A DNA stretch of 64,000 nucleotides, from contig JAHRHZ010000150.1 of assembly GCA_024137785.1 (NCBI GenBank), positions 693,627 through 757,626 on the forward strand, read 5' to 3'. This DNA is from Ginglymostoma cirratum (Eukaryota). The notes beneath the pieces were generated by a model. That model was not told where the DNA came from. It did not search any database and saw nothing but the letters and a program-made list of their open reading frames with translations. Positions 13,306 to 24,470 of this stretch are shown here, piece after piece. The stretch's first letter is position 1, and each line of letters starts with the position of its first letter. Position numbers and translations under genes: made by a program.

Positions 13306-14304
13306 ATGCTGCATGAAGTCTATTAGCTCATCTGGATGTTTCAACTGTCCCCAAGTTAGTTCAAATCATGCTGTGAATGGAACAATGCATTGTCAAATGA
13401 GCTGAAGTTCATTTGGTAGTATTCTAACATTTGGGTTAGAAAGTCAAAGGCCCGACTGTCACTTCAGATCCTGCATCTGGAAATCAAGGATGATGTTCCA
13501 TCTGTCATTACTGAGAGGCCTCTACACTTTTAAAAGGTTCATAGTGAATACATAATATGAACGGAACTGTCCTCATCTGTTGGAAACAATGATCACAGTG
13601 TCCTCTTCAAAGAACGACAGCTCCTGTCCCACAATATCAAACAGAGGCAACTGTTTGAAAGCAACTAACTTACTGGCCATTACCACATTGTCATTAGATC
13701 TAGTTTCGCCCAAAATGAATGAAACGAATCTTGATTTGTGACCAGGTATTTAAGTAAGATTCTTTCATTTCTTTAAGTGTTTTGAAATACGGTTCTTGAT
13801 TGTGTCAAGGTCTGTGTTAATGCAAAACCTTTGTTCAAATATAACCCTTGTACTGATAAATTATTGTCGGAAATTTGAGACGGTTCCACTTTACGTTTGA
13901 CAGGAATTCTAGGCTCCTATGTACAGCAATCTCCTTCCATCGTGTCAAAACAAGGAGGAAACTGGGAGACATTAAGATGCACGCTGAAGGATACAAGCTA
14001 TCCCCAAATGTACTGGTACAGACAGCAACCAGACCGGGCAATAGAAGCTTTTTATTTGACTGTGTTGCAACAGGAACTGTTATAGATTAAACATCCGACA
14101 CCTATCAGGCAAAAAGACCCAGTCAAACATTCTGAAGAAGGGTCCAGACCCGAAACGTCAGCTTTCCTGCTCCTATGATGCTGCTTGGCCTGCTGTGTTC
14201 ATCGAGCTCCCCACCTTGTTATCTCAGCCGAACATGTGTTGCTTTGCAACCGAAAGGCGCCTCTCCATCTCTCGTGGCTGTCTATTTCAGTGCGCGTAGA
14301 AATG
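13306..14304 (+). pseudogene. TRBV: TRBV pseudogene V4 (family 1) with a Penelope-derived insert
   Basis: Leader 13306-13354 MLHEVY* has a stop. V exon from 13904 GILGSYVQQSPSIVS...LRCTLKDTSYPQMYWYRQ has a frameshift, a 94-bp insert and Cys104>Ser. RSS degenerate (CATACTT...ACAAATATT). Confidence 0.9.
14131..14224 (+). mobile_element. 94-bp Penelope-like 3'/pLTR fragment containing a minimal hammerhead ribozyme core
   Basis: CTGAAGA-AGGGTCCAGACCC-GAAACGTC...TTGTTATCT, homologous to 29316-29408. Flanked by an imperfect 11-bp TSD, CAGTCAAACAT (14120-14130) and CAGCCGAACAT (14225-14235). Confidence 0.85.
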
Positions 14305-15559
14305 CATACTTTTGAGATAGTATCTTTCCAGTTACAAATATTAACTTGCATTCTACACCAGGGACACATGTCTCATTTCTCACCAACAGGTGGGGAAAGA
14401 TGATTGATGTTCAGGGCACATTTTCTGTGACAAGACAGATGACTTCACTATCTGGTAGCTAAAGAACCAGATTTAGTCAGTAACCTCACTATCCTATCCC
14501 CATTCTTGCCAACAGAGAGAGTGATAGCCCGAGAACGAGTCTGAAAATCCAAAGAAACATTTGAGAATATCTAGCCGGCAATGCTGGGTTTAACGAAGTG
14601 AAGCCGACCTTTATAATGTTTGCAAATCTCTTGCTCACAAAATTCACAAGACATTCTCCGGAATTTAACATCATCTTTCCAAAAACTGAAGTTCAGCTCA
14701 GTATCTTTGACTGGCGGATTCAAAGCTAACTTCATCTGTCCTTCCCTGATATGGATTATATGTACATGCACTCACAGAGCAATGCTGTTCACCATTTAGC
14801 TTCCACTAAGCTGGGCAAGTAAACCATTCAGTGACCTTCATGGATGCGTCTCACTAAAAATCTCATTTTTAAGCAAAACTGCAGGCGTAACTCTCAAGCT
14901 ATGGAATCATTTATTCGAGAGAAGACTCCTTTCTGCATCACCTGTCAGACTGCACCACAGCGCTCCCTTTGTGTTCCTTCTCTGACAGTGCGTCATTTCC
15001 TCAGTCCACACCCAGTGAAGTAATTTGAAGAAACACACAGACACATGTTGGTGTAATAAGGCGTGGAACAACAGAAAACTTTGGCGCAATAAAGTTGCAT
15101 ATTTCACAAAAGCACCAGGATTACAGAACAGGTTCATAAGGGTGTTCCTATCAATGTCAGCTCCTTAGATGAGATCAACACAGTTCCTTGTACATTGTAA
15201 ACACATCCTCCCATTATTATCTTCCTCATGTCAGTATATAGTGTCTTTTAAAATGTATCATTGAAATCTGTTTCAGGTAACTAATTGGACATTAAAAAAT
15301 AATTCAAAGCTTGTTCAAGTCATTGTGATCATGAATGTGTGATGAAATTTCTTATTAACGATTCTGTTTCGCTGATGAGGAATGAGTTCTGCTGTCCTGA
15401 CCAGGTCTGGAGTAACTTCCATACCCGTAACAGTAATGCTGACTCCCAAATGGCCTCCAAAAATGACCCAGCAAACCATCACTGCCGCAAAACAGTGACA
15501 GAATAGATCACGAAAATTCAAAAAGACATCTCACCACCACCTTCTCATGGACAAGGGTA

Positions 15560-15880
15560 GACGATGGTCTGGCGGTAGTATTGCTGGGCTTTTCCCGGAA
15601 TATCCTGGGCACAAGGGTTCAATCCTGCCATGACCAATGTTGGAGTTTGAATTCAATACTAAGGAACGTAGAATTAGCAGTCTAATGAAGACCATGAAGC
15701 AACTGAGAATTTTTGCAAAATCCCAACTGATCCACAAATGTCCTTACCTGGTCTGGCCTCCATGTGACTCCAAACCCACAGCAATATAGTTGCCTCTGAA
15801 CTGCACGCTGGGCAATTAGAGATGGACAATAAGTGTTGCGTATCTGGCAATGCCCTCATCCCGCAACTTAATAAAAACAA
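15560..15880 (+). mobile_element. tRNA-derived SINE (SacSINE1/DeuSINE-like), cassette-duplicated copy
   Basis: A/B-box-like head (GGTTCAATCC), GAATTCAAT...GACCATGAAG...CCTTACCTGGTCTGGCCTCCATGTGACTCC core and LINE-type tail. Related copies at ~22570-22900, ~31675-31910, ~34305-34635 and 59275-59625. Family name is from recall. Confidence 0.65.
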
Positions 15881-16412
15881 TGACATTTCAGGGTGTGAAA
15901 TAAATGTTAGATCTGTGAGGCCATCCACATCTGAAGAAAGTATTAAAGATGTGGTCACCACTCTCTTGTGAAGTACTGTTTGTCCCATAAATCTCTGGTT
16001 TAGTAGGTCACATTATTCATTCCCTTTCTCCCCAAGTGCGCTCTACCTCATTCTAGCCATTTCTCTTTTCATGTATTTATCAAAATCTGTTTGAAATTTG
16101 CTGTTATTCCTCTTAGACCACACTTTCAGAAAGTGCATTTCAGATCTGAGCATCTCGATGTGTAAAAAGCTCTTCTCTCATCCAGTTAACATTTCAAACA
16201 ACTCACCTTCCATTATTTCAATGTCTGGAATGTTGTTCCTGACAACCAATTTAAGAATTCGTCTTTGTTTATCCAGGCTATATAATCCCTCTCGAAATTT
16301 GATCCCTGCTATTAATACCGCCCTGTCAACTATCAATCCAATGAATCAGGAAGAAACAGAATGAGGTGGAGCTTAAGTTTCAGAACAAATAGGGTTGCAG
16401 AATGAGACAGCA

Positions 16413-16433
16413 ACCGGATGTGGTGTATTTAAA
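16413..16433 (+). promoter_or_regulatory. V5 promoter: ETS:RUNX composite-like site plus TATA-like box
   Basis: ACCGGATGTGGTGTATTTAAA, starting 105 bp upstream of ATG 16518. CCAAT lies further upstream at ~16338. Confidence 0.6.
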
Positions 16434-16517
16434 CAGACGGAACAGAGAAACTGCCTTCACAGCTGTCATTGGACCATACTCCATTCAGAGAGGGAGCCAG
16501 TGTTAAATGACAGGATC

Positions 16518-17341
16518 ATGCAGCATGAAGTCTATTGTCTCATCTGGATGTTTGCTCTGTTCCTAGGTTAGTCAAAGTAATCCCGTGATTGGGATAATGC
16601 ATTGTCAAATGTACTATAGTTCACTCGATAGCAGTCGCCCATAAGGGTTAGAAAGTCATAGGCCCGTATCTCACTCCAGATACCGGAGCTGGAGATTCAT
16701 AGTGAACACATAATTTTAATCAGAGTCAAAAATTGCAAAGTCCTCTTCATAGAAAATCAGGTCTAGCTCCGTAATTTCAATCTGGAACGATGTTTTAAGA
16801 AATGAACATGTGTAGTAGCCATTAAACATTGCTGTTATTCGATCTTGCTGTACTATAAACAGTTGGAATGAAATTTAACAGTAATCTGGCAGTTAAGTGA
16901 AAAAGAACCCAAATTGCTTTAACGTGCTTTTAAATGTTCTTTTATTGTAACAGGTTTTACATGACTCGAAATGTTCTATTAAAATGAACCCGTTGTCCTG
17001 GTGAATTGACGTCAAAAATGTGATTTTTTTCATTTTATGTTCAACAGTAAATCTGTCCTCCTACGTGGAACAGTCTCCTTCTATTGTTTCGATTACTAGA
17101 GGGAACTCAGATACACTTAAATGCATGCTGAAGAATACAGTTTACCGCTCTATGTACTGGTACAGACAGCAACACAGCCGGGCAATAGAAGCTTTATACT
17201 ACTCTGCTGGTGAAGGTTTAATTACAAATTACACATCCGAATCTTATCAGGCTAAAAGACCCAGTGAAACGACGTTTACTTTAGAACTGAAAGGTGCCTC
17301 TCCATCTCACACGGCTGTCTATTTCTGCGCGTGCAGTAGCG
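16518..17341 (+). CDS. TRBV: TCR beta V segment V5 (family 1), open frame; leader 16518-16566, V exon 17048-17341
   Basis: MQHEVYCLIWMFALFL-V-NLSSYVEQSPSIVSITRGNSDTLKCMLKNTVYRSMYWYRQ...SPSHTAVYFCACSS. GT/AG phase-1 intron. Cys23, Trp41 and Cys104 intact. Confidence 0.9.
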
Positions 17342-17380
17342 CACATTGTTTAAGTTAATGTCTTTGCAGCTACAAGAACT
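17342..17380 (+). other. 23-RSS of V5
   Basis: CACATTG, 23 bp, ACAAGAACT; slightly off consensus. Confidence 0.88.
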
Positions 17381-20376
17381 TGCATTCGACACCAGGGATG
17401 TTCAAGGTTAATTTCTCACCAGCAGGTGGGGTTAGACGATTGATGTTCAGGACACATATTCTGTTACAGGACAGATGACTTTACTGTCTCGCAGCTAAAG
17501 AACAATTTAGTCAGTAACCTCACTATTTTATCCTATTGTCTCCAGCAAAGAGAGTGATAACTCCAGAACGAGTCTGAAAGATCGCCCGAAACAGCAAATT
17601 ATATTTGTGTGCGAATTTCCCTCAGGCAATTCTGGGTTTAATGAAATGAATCTGACCGTTAAAATGTTTGGAAACGACTTGCTCACAAAGCTCACAAGAA
17701 TTTCTGTGACATTTAATATCCCTTTTCTTCAAAACGAGGTTCCAATGGGCATGTTTGAATGGCAGATTCAAAACTTGTTTCGGCCATATGGACTAACTGT
17801 AAATCTACTCACACAGCAATGTTGTTAGCCATTAGCTTTCCACTGAAACGGGCGAGTAAACTACTCAGTGACGTTCACAGACTTTTACAGTGCTTTGTAA
17901 GGACTTGTGTCGATTTCAATCTCCTTTTATTCTTGGCCTAGTAACTGGGGAATCGTTTCCTTTCACGTCTTTAATCTTATCAACTTTCTAATGTCATTTT
18001 TAAATCCGCTTCCAAAACATTGTCTCATACAGCCGTGCTTTAAAGTTTGATACAATCGATACAATTCCTCACATGGAAGAGTCCACCCTCTTCCATGTGG
18101 AACTCTTAAAACTCACTTGAATCCCACCCCCTCCCCCGACTAGTTAATCACTTCTCAAATGAGTGGAAATCTGTGTCTCTGATGAACGTCACTTATCTTA
18201 CTGAAATGAGTTTCCTGTGCTCACTTCAAGGAAAATTTCATTATTGCGAACTTGAGTTGTTCGCCATCTCCCCTGAAGGCCCCCTGTATTATTCCCAAAA
18301 TCTGCAAATCACCCAGATACTCCACAATCTCCCAAATAATTCATGTTCTGTATCCAGCATACCAGAGCATCTCATCTCTCCTGCAGATCTGTCTCACCAA
18401 ACAATACATGCACTGATGTCCTCTGTGTGATTCTTTCCTTTTCGTTTGGAATCAAACCTCTCGAGCAATATTTCGTCTGCTGGTCTCCAGGGCTGTGCAG
18501 CAAACAGAGTGACATAGGGGGTCAAACAGCGCCTTCTTCCTCTTCACAGCAATATCCTTTACTCACCAGACGCTCAACGTTTCAAATCTGCTTCAATACA
18601 CCCATACGAATGCACATCCCTTCTTATTTACACCGCTGAGATTCGGGTGACTTCATGATCTGGCAGGCAAAGGAAAAAATTCACTCAAAAACTCATTTAT
18701 CTTTTACTCATTCACTCCAGTAGAGAGATTAGAAATCATGCCCAAGTCTGACGTTGCTTTGAAATAGGATATCACCATCAAATTTTAATAGCACACAAGC
18801 AATGCTATGTTTGGTGGAAAGTGAATGACCGTTATAATCTCAGGAAACCACTCATTCACAAAACTCACAATAACTCTCTCGATTCCAATACATCCCGTGT
18901 TAGTACATTTATTTAATCCTTCTATGCACTAAGATTCAGATGCACAGCTCGTTCTGCCTGGATGACACCCAAATTTACCCATCTTATCCCAATGTCGACC
19001 ATATGCGATACCAGACGCACAGCAATGCTACGCACCATTAACCTCCTCTGAAATGGACAGCCAAGCCACTCAGTGACATTCATGCAGACTTTCAACACTG
19101 TAGTGCTCTTAAACAAAAGAACTGGGTCAAATCTGTGATTATTTACTTGAGACAATACTCCTTTTGATGCCAACTCCCAAACAGTGCACTCTTGGCAGTT
19201 CAGCACTCCTTCTCTGTTGCTGCTCTGGCATTGCATCATTGCCTCAGCCCATTTCCAGTGAATTGTTTTGAAGAAATACGCAGTCAAACATGGACGGAAA
19301 AAGCCTCGCTGCATGGAACAATGGAGCACTTTGACCCAAGAATGTTGCGTGTTTCGCCAAAACAAGGGATCCTACAGAATGCATGATGACCATTAGGCTG
19401 TTCCTGTCAACGTCACCTCTCCAGATGGGGTCAGCGTAGGTCTTTGTACACTTTCAAAGGACCCTCTCTGTCTTGACTTTCTCATGACAGCGTACTATTG
19501 TCGTTTTAAAAGCGTCATTAATGTTCATGGCAAGTAAGGCATTATGCATTTTTCATTTTTTAAAAAAGTATCAATTCAAAGCTTATTGTCGTTATAGTGA
19601 TCGCAAAACTGCCACCCGAAGAATCATGCATTTTGTTCAATGCTCCCTTCAAGTGAGGAAATCTGTCATTCTGACCTGGTGTGGAGTCGATTTATCGTCT
19701 GACACAGAGCTATAGGACTGATTCTGAAATGCCCCCTGAAAAGGCCCAGAAAATCATTATTTACAAACAACAGTGACAGAATAGAGCAGGTAGATTCAAG
19801 AACGCACTTCAAACACCACCTTCACAAAATCAGTTCCAGGAGGACTATAAATATTACCCCACAAAGTGACAACCACATTCCAGGAAAGATTTAAACATGT
19901 GGTCACGATCTCTTGCGAAAGATTGCTTCTCGCTAAAGTATCTGGTTCGGCAGTGTCATCATGTATTTATAATCCTGAAACCTTGACTCTGTATCCGTAC
20001 ATCTCTCGCCACGTGTTATTTTTTTCCTCATTTCTGCTGTTTCTCGTTTCTGGTATTTATCTAAATCTGATGGAAATTGGATTGTATTCTGCTTAGCCCA
20101 CACATTCAGAAAATGCATTTCGGATCAGAAAATCTTGATGTATCAAAGGCTGTCTGTATCTCCCACTTTCACTTTCAATTAATGACCTTGCTCACCTTTG
20201 TTATTAAGAATCCAATGGAATAATTGCTTTTGTTAATTTAAACTATGTAATCTCTCTCATTTTGAGCCCCGTTATTCACACCGACCTGTCATCTATCAAT
20301 CCAATGCGTCGTTGAGGAATAGAGTGAGGTGGAGCTTAGGTTTCACGGCAAATGGCTTCGAGGCAACGAGATAGCA

Positions 20377-20396
20377 ACCGGATGTGATGTATTTAA
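20377..20396 (+). promoter_or_regulatory. V6 promoter ETS plus TATA-like element
   Basis: ACCGGATGTGATGTATTTAA upstream of ATG 20471. Confidence 0.6.
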
Positions 20397-20470
20397 TCGG
20401 ATGGAACAGAGAAACTGCCTTCAAAGGTGATATTCCTGCACAGAGGGAGCAAGTGTTAAATGACAGGATA

Positions 20471-21261
20471 ATGTTGCATGAAGTCTATTATCTCATCTGG
20501 ATTTTTATACTGTCCCCAGGTTAGTCAAAAGCCCACCGTGAATGGAACAACACATTGTCAAATGAGCTGTAGTTTATTCGGTAGCGTTCGCCTATCTGGG
20601 CTAGAAATTCTCACTCCAGATCCTGGAGCTGGAAGTCAAGGCTGATAATCCATGTGTCACTATAGAGAGAGCGCTATATGTTTTACAAGGTTCATACCGG
20701 CGACAATGATCACAGTGACCTATTCAAAGAATGAACAACAATGCTATGTCTGTTCCAAAATATCAAACTCTTGCTTTGCTCAATATGACCGGCATGAATT
20801 TTAATCGTGAATTGAAATTTAAGTAAGATTATTGCGTTTCCTTAAATGAGATATGTTTCTGGATTGTGGCAGGTTCTCTGTAAATGCAAGCCCTTTGGTC
20901 AAATGCAGACCTTGCTCTAATGAATGATTGTCAGAAATTTGAATCGGTTGCACTTTACATTTGACAGGAATTCTGGCTTCCTATGTGGAGCAGGCTCCGT
21001 ACATCATCTCTATTGCAGAAGGAGAGTCGAAGACACTCTGGTGCAGCCTGAAGGATACGAGCTATCTCCAAATGTACTGGTACAGACAGCAACCAAACCG
21101 GACAATAGAAGCTTTGTTTTACTCTGCTGCAACGGGAGCTAGTACAAATTACACATCTGGGTACTATCAGGCCAAACGACCCAGCCAAACACTATTTTCT
21201 TTGGATCTGAGGAGCGCCACTTCGTCTCACACGGCTGTCTATTTCTGTGCGTGTAGTAATG
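20471..21261 (+). CDS. TRBV: TCR beta V segment V6 (family 1), intact; leader 20471-20519, V exon 20968-21261
   Basis: MLHEVYYLIWIFILSPG-ILASYVEQAPYIISIAEGESKTLWCSLKDTSYLQMYWYRQQPNRTIEALFYSAATGASTNYTSGYYQAKRPSQTLFSLDLRSATSSHTAVYFCACSN; canonical splice sites. Confidence 0.93.
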
Positions 21262-21300
21262 CACAGTGTTTGAGAAGTTGTCTTTGCAGCTACAAAAACC
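21262..21300 (+). other. 23-RSS of V6 (perfect consensus)
   Basis: CACAGTG, 23 bp, ACAAAAACC. Confidence 0.97.
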
Positions 21301-23444
21301 TGCATTGGACTCCAGAAACGTTCAGGTTTCATTTTCCACCAGCTGGTGGGGACAGACCATTGATGTTCAGGACACACTTTTTGTGTCAAGAGAGACGACT
21401 TTATTATCTGGTAGCTAAAGAACTAAATTTTGTCATTAACTTCAGTATCCTATCCTCATTCTTTCCGGCAGAGCGAGTGATAATTTTGGAACAGTCTGAA
21501 AGATCACCGAAAACAACAGATCCGAAAACAACAGATCGCATTTATGAGCGAATTTCCAGCAGGCAGTACTGGGTTTAATGAAACGAAACTGACCGGCAAA
21601 ACGTTTGGGAATCAATTGTTCAGAAAACTCAAAATTTCGCTCTCTTCCAGTACACACCCTACTGCTGCATTTGGTATCCCCTTTCTACAAACTGTGGCCC
21701 AATTAAGCAGATTTGCTGACAAATTCCAAGCTGACTTTGCCCATTCTTCCCCAATCTGATTTTTATGTAAATGTAGACTCACGGCAATGCTGTTCACCAT
21801 TATCTTTCACTGAGAGTACACAACTCAGTGACATTCATGGGCGTGCGTCACCACAGTCCAAATACAATTTTTAAGCCAAAGTGCAGGCACAAGACTCAAA
21901 CTGTGGAAGAGTTTATTTGAGAGAAGACTTCTCCCAACATCACTTGTCTAATAGCACATTAACGCTCCATGTGCATTGCATCTATGACAGTGCATCGTTC
22001 CCTCAGCCCACGCACAGTGAATTAATTTGAAGAAACAGGTAGCCACACATATGGCATGGCACAAGGGAGAACTTTGATCCAATGATCTTGCATGTTTCAC
22101 AAATAAAAAGGGATCCTACAGAACAGAAGGAGGCTATGAGGGTGTTCTTGCCAATGTCAACGTTTTAGATGATATCAGCACAGTTCACTGTACCCTGTGA
22201 ACACCACATCTCAGTATTATTTTCCTCGTGTCACTATATAGTGTCTTCTAAAGTGTATCATTGAAATCCATTTCAAGTAGTTAATTGTACAGTAAAATCA
22301 AACAATTCAAAGCTGGTTCAAGTCATTGTGTGATCACGAAAGTATATTAAATTCCAGACAAATATATCTGTTCCACTGATACCATTTTTGGAAGGAGGTC
22401 TGCCGTCCTTATCAGCTCTGGAATAAATGAAATACCAGCACCACATCAGTAATGCTGATTCTGAAACGGCCTTTGAAATGGCCTAGTAAACCATCACGTC
22501 TGCAAGACCATAACAGGATAGACCACCAGAATTCAAGAAGGCTTCTCATCACCTCCTTCTCAAGGGCAACAGCGGGCGATAGCGTCATGGTATTATCGTT
22601 GGCTGTTCTGGGAGAACCAGAGATGTTCTGGGCACTCTGGACCAATCCTGCCACAGCAGATGTTAGAATTCGACTTCAATGAATAGGAATCTGGAATTAG
22701 GAGACTAACGATGACCATGGAGCAATTGTCTATTTTTGGAATAACCCAACTGTTTCACAAATATCATTGCCTCGTCTGGCTTCCATGTGACTTCGGACCC
22801 ATTGCAAAATAACTGCCTCTGAAATGCCCAGTTAGAGCTCAGCGATAAATGCTGCTGAGCTGGAGATGACCTCACCCCATGAATTAACAAAAAGCAAAAG
22901 AAAAATCTGGATGAGCAATAAATGTTCGCTCAGCCAGGACACCCACACCCCAAGAAAGAATTAAAGAAGTGCTCACCACCCTCTTGTGAAGAATTATTTC
23001 TCCCTTAACTCTCTGGTTTATCAGTTTTGGTACATATTCATAAGTCCTTAGACTTCGTCAGAGTTTTCATTTCATTTCTCACCACATGCATTCTCCATCA
23101 TTCCTGTCATTTTTTTGTTTCACATGCTCATCAAAATCTGTTTTGACATTTGTCGACTTTCCGGTCAGACCACACTTTCAGACCATGCATTTCAGATCTG
23201 ACTATCTCGATGTGTAAAAAGCTCTCTTCTTGCACAGCTTATTTAACGTCATCTTCAATACCAGAATTTTGTTAATGACAACTCAGTTTAAGCCTTGTCT
23301 TTGCCCATCCAGGCTGCAAATCCTCTTGAAATTAGAGGTCTACTATAAACTCTGCCCAGTCATCTATCATCCAATGATTCTTTAAGAAATATAGTGATCT
23401 GGAGTTTAAGTTTCACAGCAAATGATTTTGAAGAAGCGAAAGCA

Positions 23445-23464
23445 ACCGGATGTGGTGTATTTAA
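23445..23464 (+). promoter_or_regulatory. V7 promoter ETS:RUNX composite-like site plus TATA-like box
   Basis: ACCGGATGTGGTGTATTTAA upstream of ATG 23550. Confidence 0.6.
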
Positions 23465-23549
23465 TCAGAATGAGTAGATAAGCTGCCTTCACAGGTGTCA
23501 TCGGACTGCACTCCGTAAACAAAGGGAGATGGTGTTAAATTACAGGATC

Positions 23550-24431
23550 ATGTTGTACCAAGTATGTTGGCTTATCTGGATAGTTGCACAGTCCACAGGT
23601 TATTTAAAGTCACAACGTGAATTGAACGAATGTATTGTCAAATGCGCTATAGCTCTGTCGGTAGCACTCGCTCATCTGGTTTAGAAAGTCATTGGCCCGA
23701 CTGTCACTCCAGATCCTGGAGCTGGAAGTCAAGGCTGACATTACTCGTGTCATTACTGAGAGAACTTTGCACATTGACAAGATTCATTGCGAACACATAA
23801 TGTTAAACAAAACTGTGCCCTTCAATTCGAGAGAAACATTACGAAGGCCTCTTTGGAGAAAAGCAGGTGTTGCTCCAGAATTTCAACCTGGAACCACTTT
23901 TTAATCAGAATAGATGTACTTGTCATTAAGAATTGCAGTGATTGGATCTGGCTTTGGTCAAAACTGTCCGCATGAATTTTAAAAGTAACCTGACAATTAA
24001 GTAAAGAGAAACAAAATGCTTGAAATGTGCTTTAATTTTTTATTTTGTAACAGGTTTTATGTGTTTGGCAATTCTCTGTTTAAATGTCCGGATGAATTCT
24101 TGCCAGAAATTTGAACGAAGTCCAATTTATATTGGACAGGGAATCTGGCCTCCGAAGTGGAGCAGTCTCCTTCCACTGTGTCGATTTTAGGAGGAGGCTC
24201 GGCTACATTCAGATGCACACTGAAGAATACTGCTTACAGCTACATGTACTGGTATAGACAGCAACCACATCTGGAAATAGAAACTTTATTCTACTCTGCT
24301 ACAACAGGGACTGTTACAAATTACACATCCGAGTCTCAGCGGGCTAAAAGACCCAGTAAAACACAGTTTAGTTTGGAACTGAGAGACGCCTCTCCATCCC
24401 ACACGGGTGTCTATTTTTGTGGGTGTAGCAG
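23550..24431 (+). CDS. TRBV: TCR beta V segment V7 (family 1), intact; leader 23550-23598, V exon 24140-24431
   Basis: MLYQVCWLIWIVAQSTG-NLASEVEQSPSTVSILGGGSATFRCTLKNTAYSYMYWYRQ...SPSHTGVYFCGCS. A second in-frame ATG lies at 23529. Confidence 0.92.
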
Positions 24432-24470
24432 CACAGCATTTGAGGAAGTGTCTTTGCAGCTACAAAAACC
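24432..24470 (+). other. 23-RSS of V7
   Basis: CACAGCA, 23 bp, ACAAAAACC. Confidence 0.95.

Noticed and set aside
20961-21578. ORF-track read-through extensions of V exons (e.g. 205 aa) as full proteins
   Set aside because: The true exon limits are the splice acceptor and the RSS; the extensions run through RSS and spacer and are not conserved in frame among paralogues.
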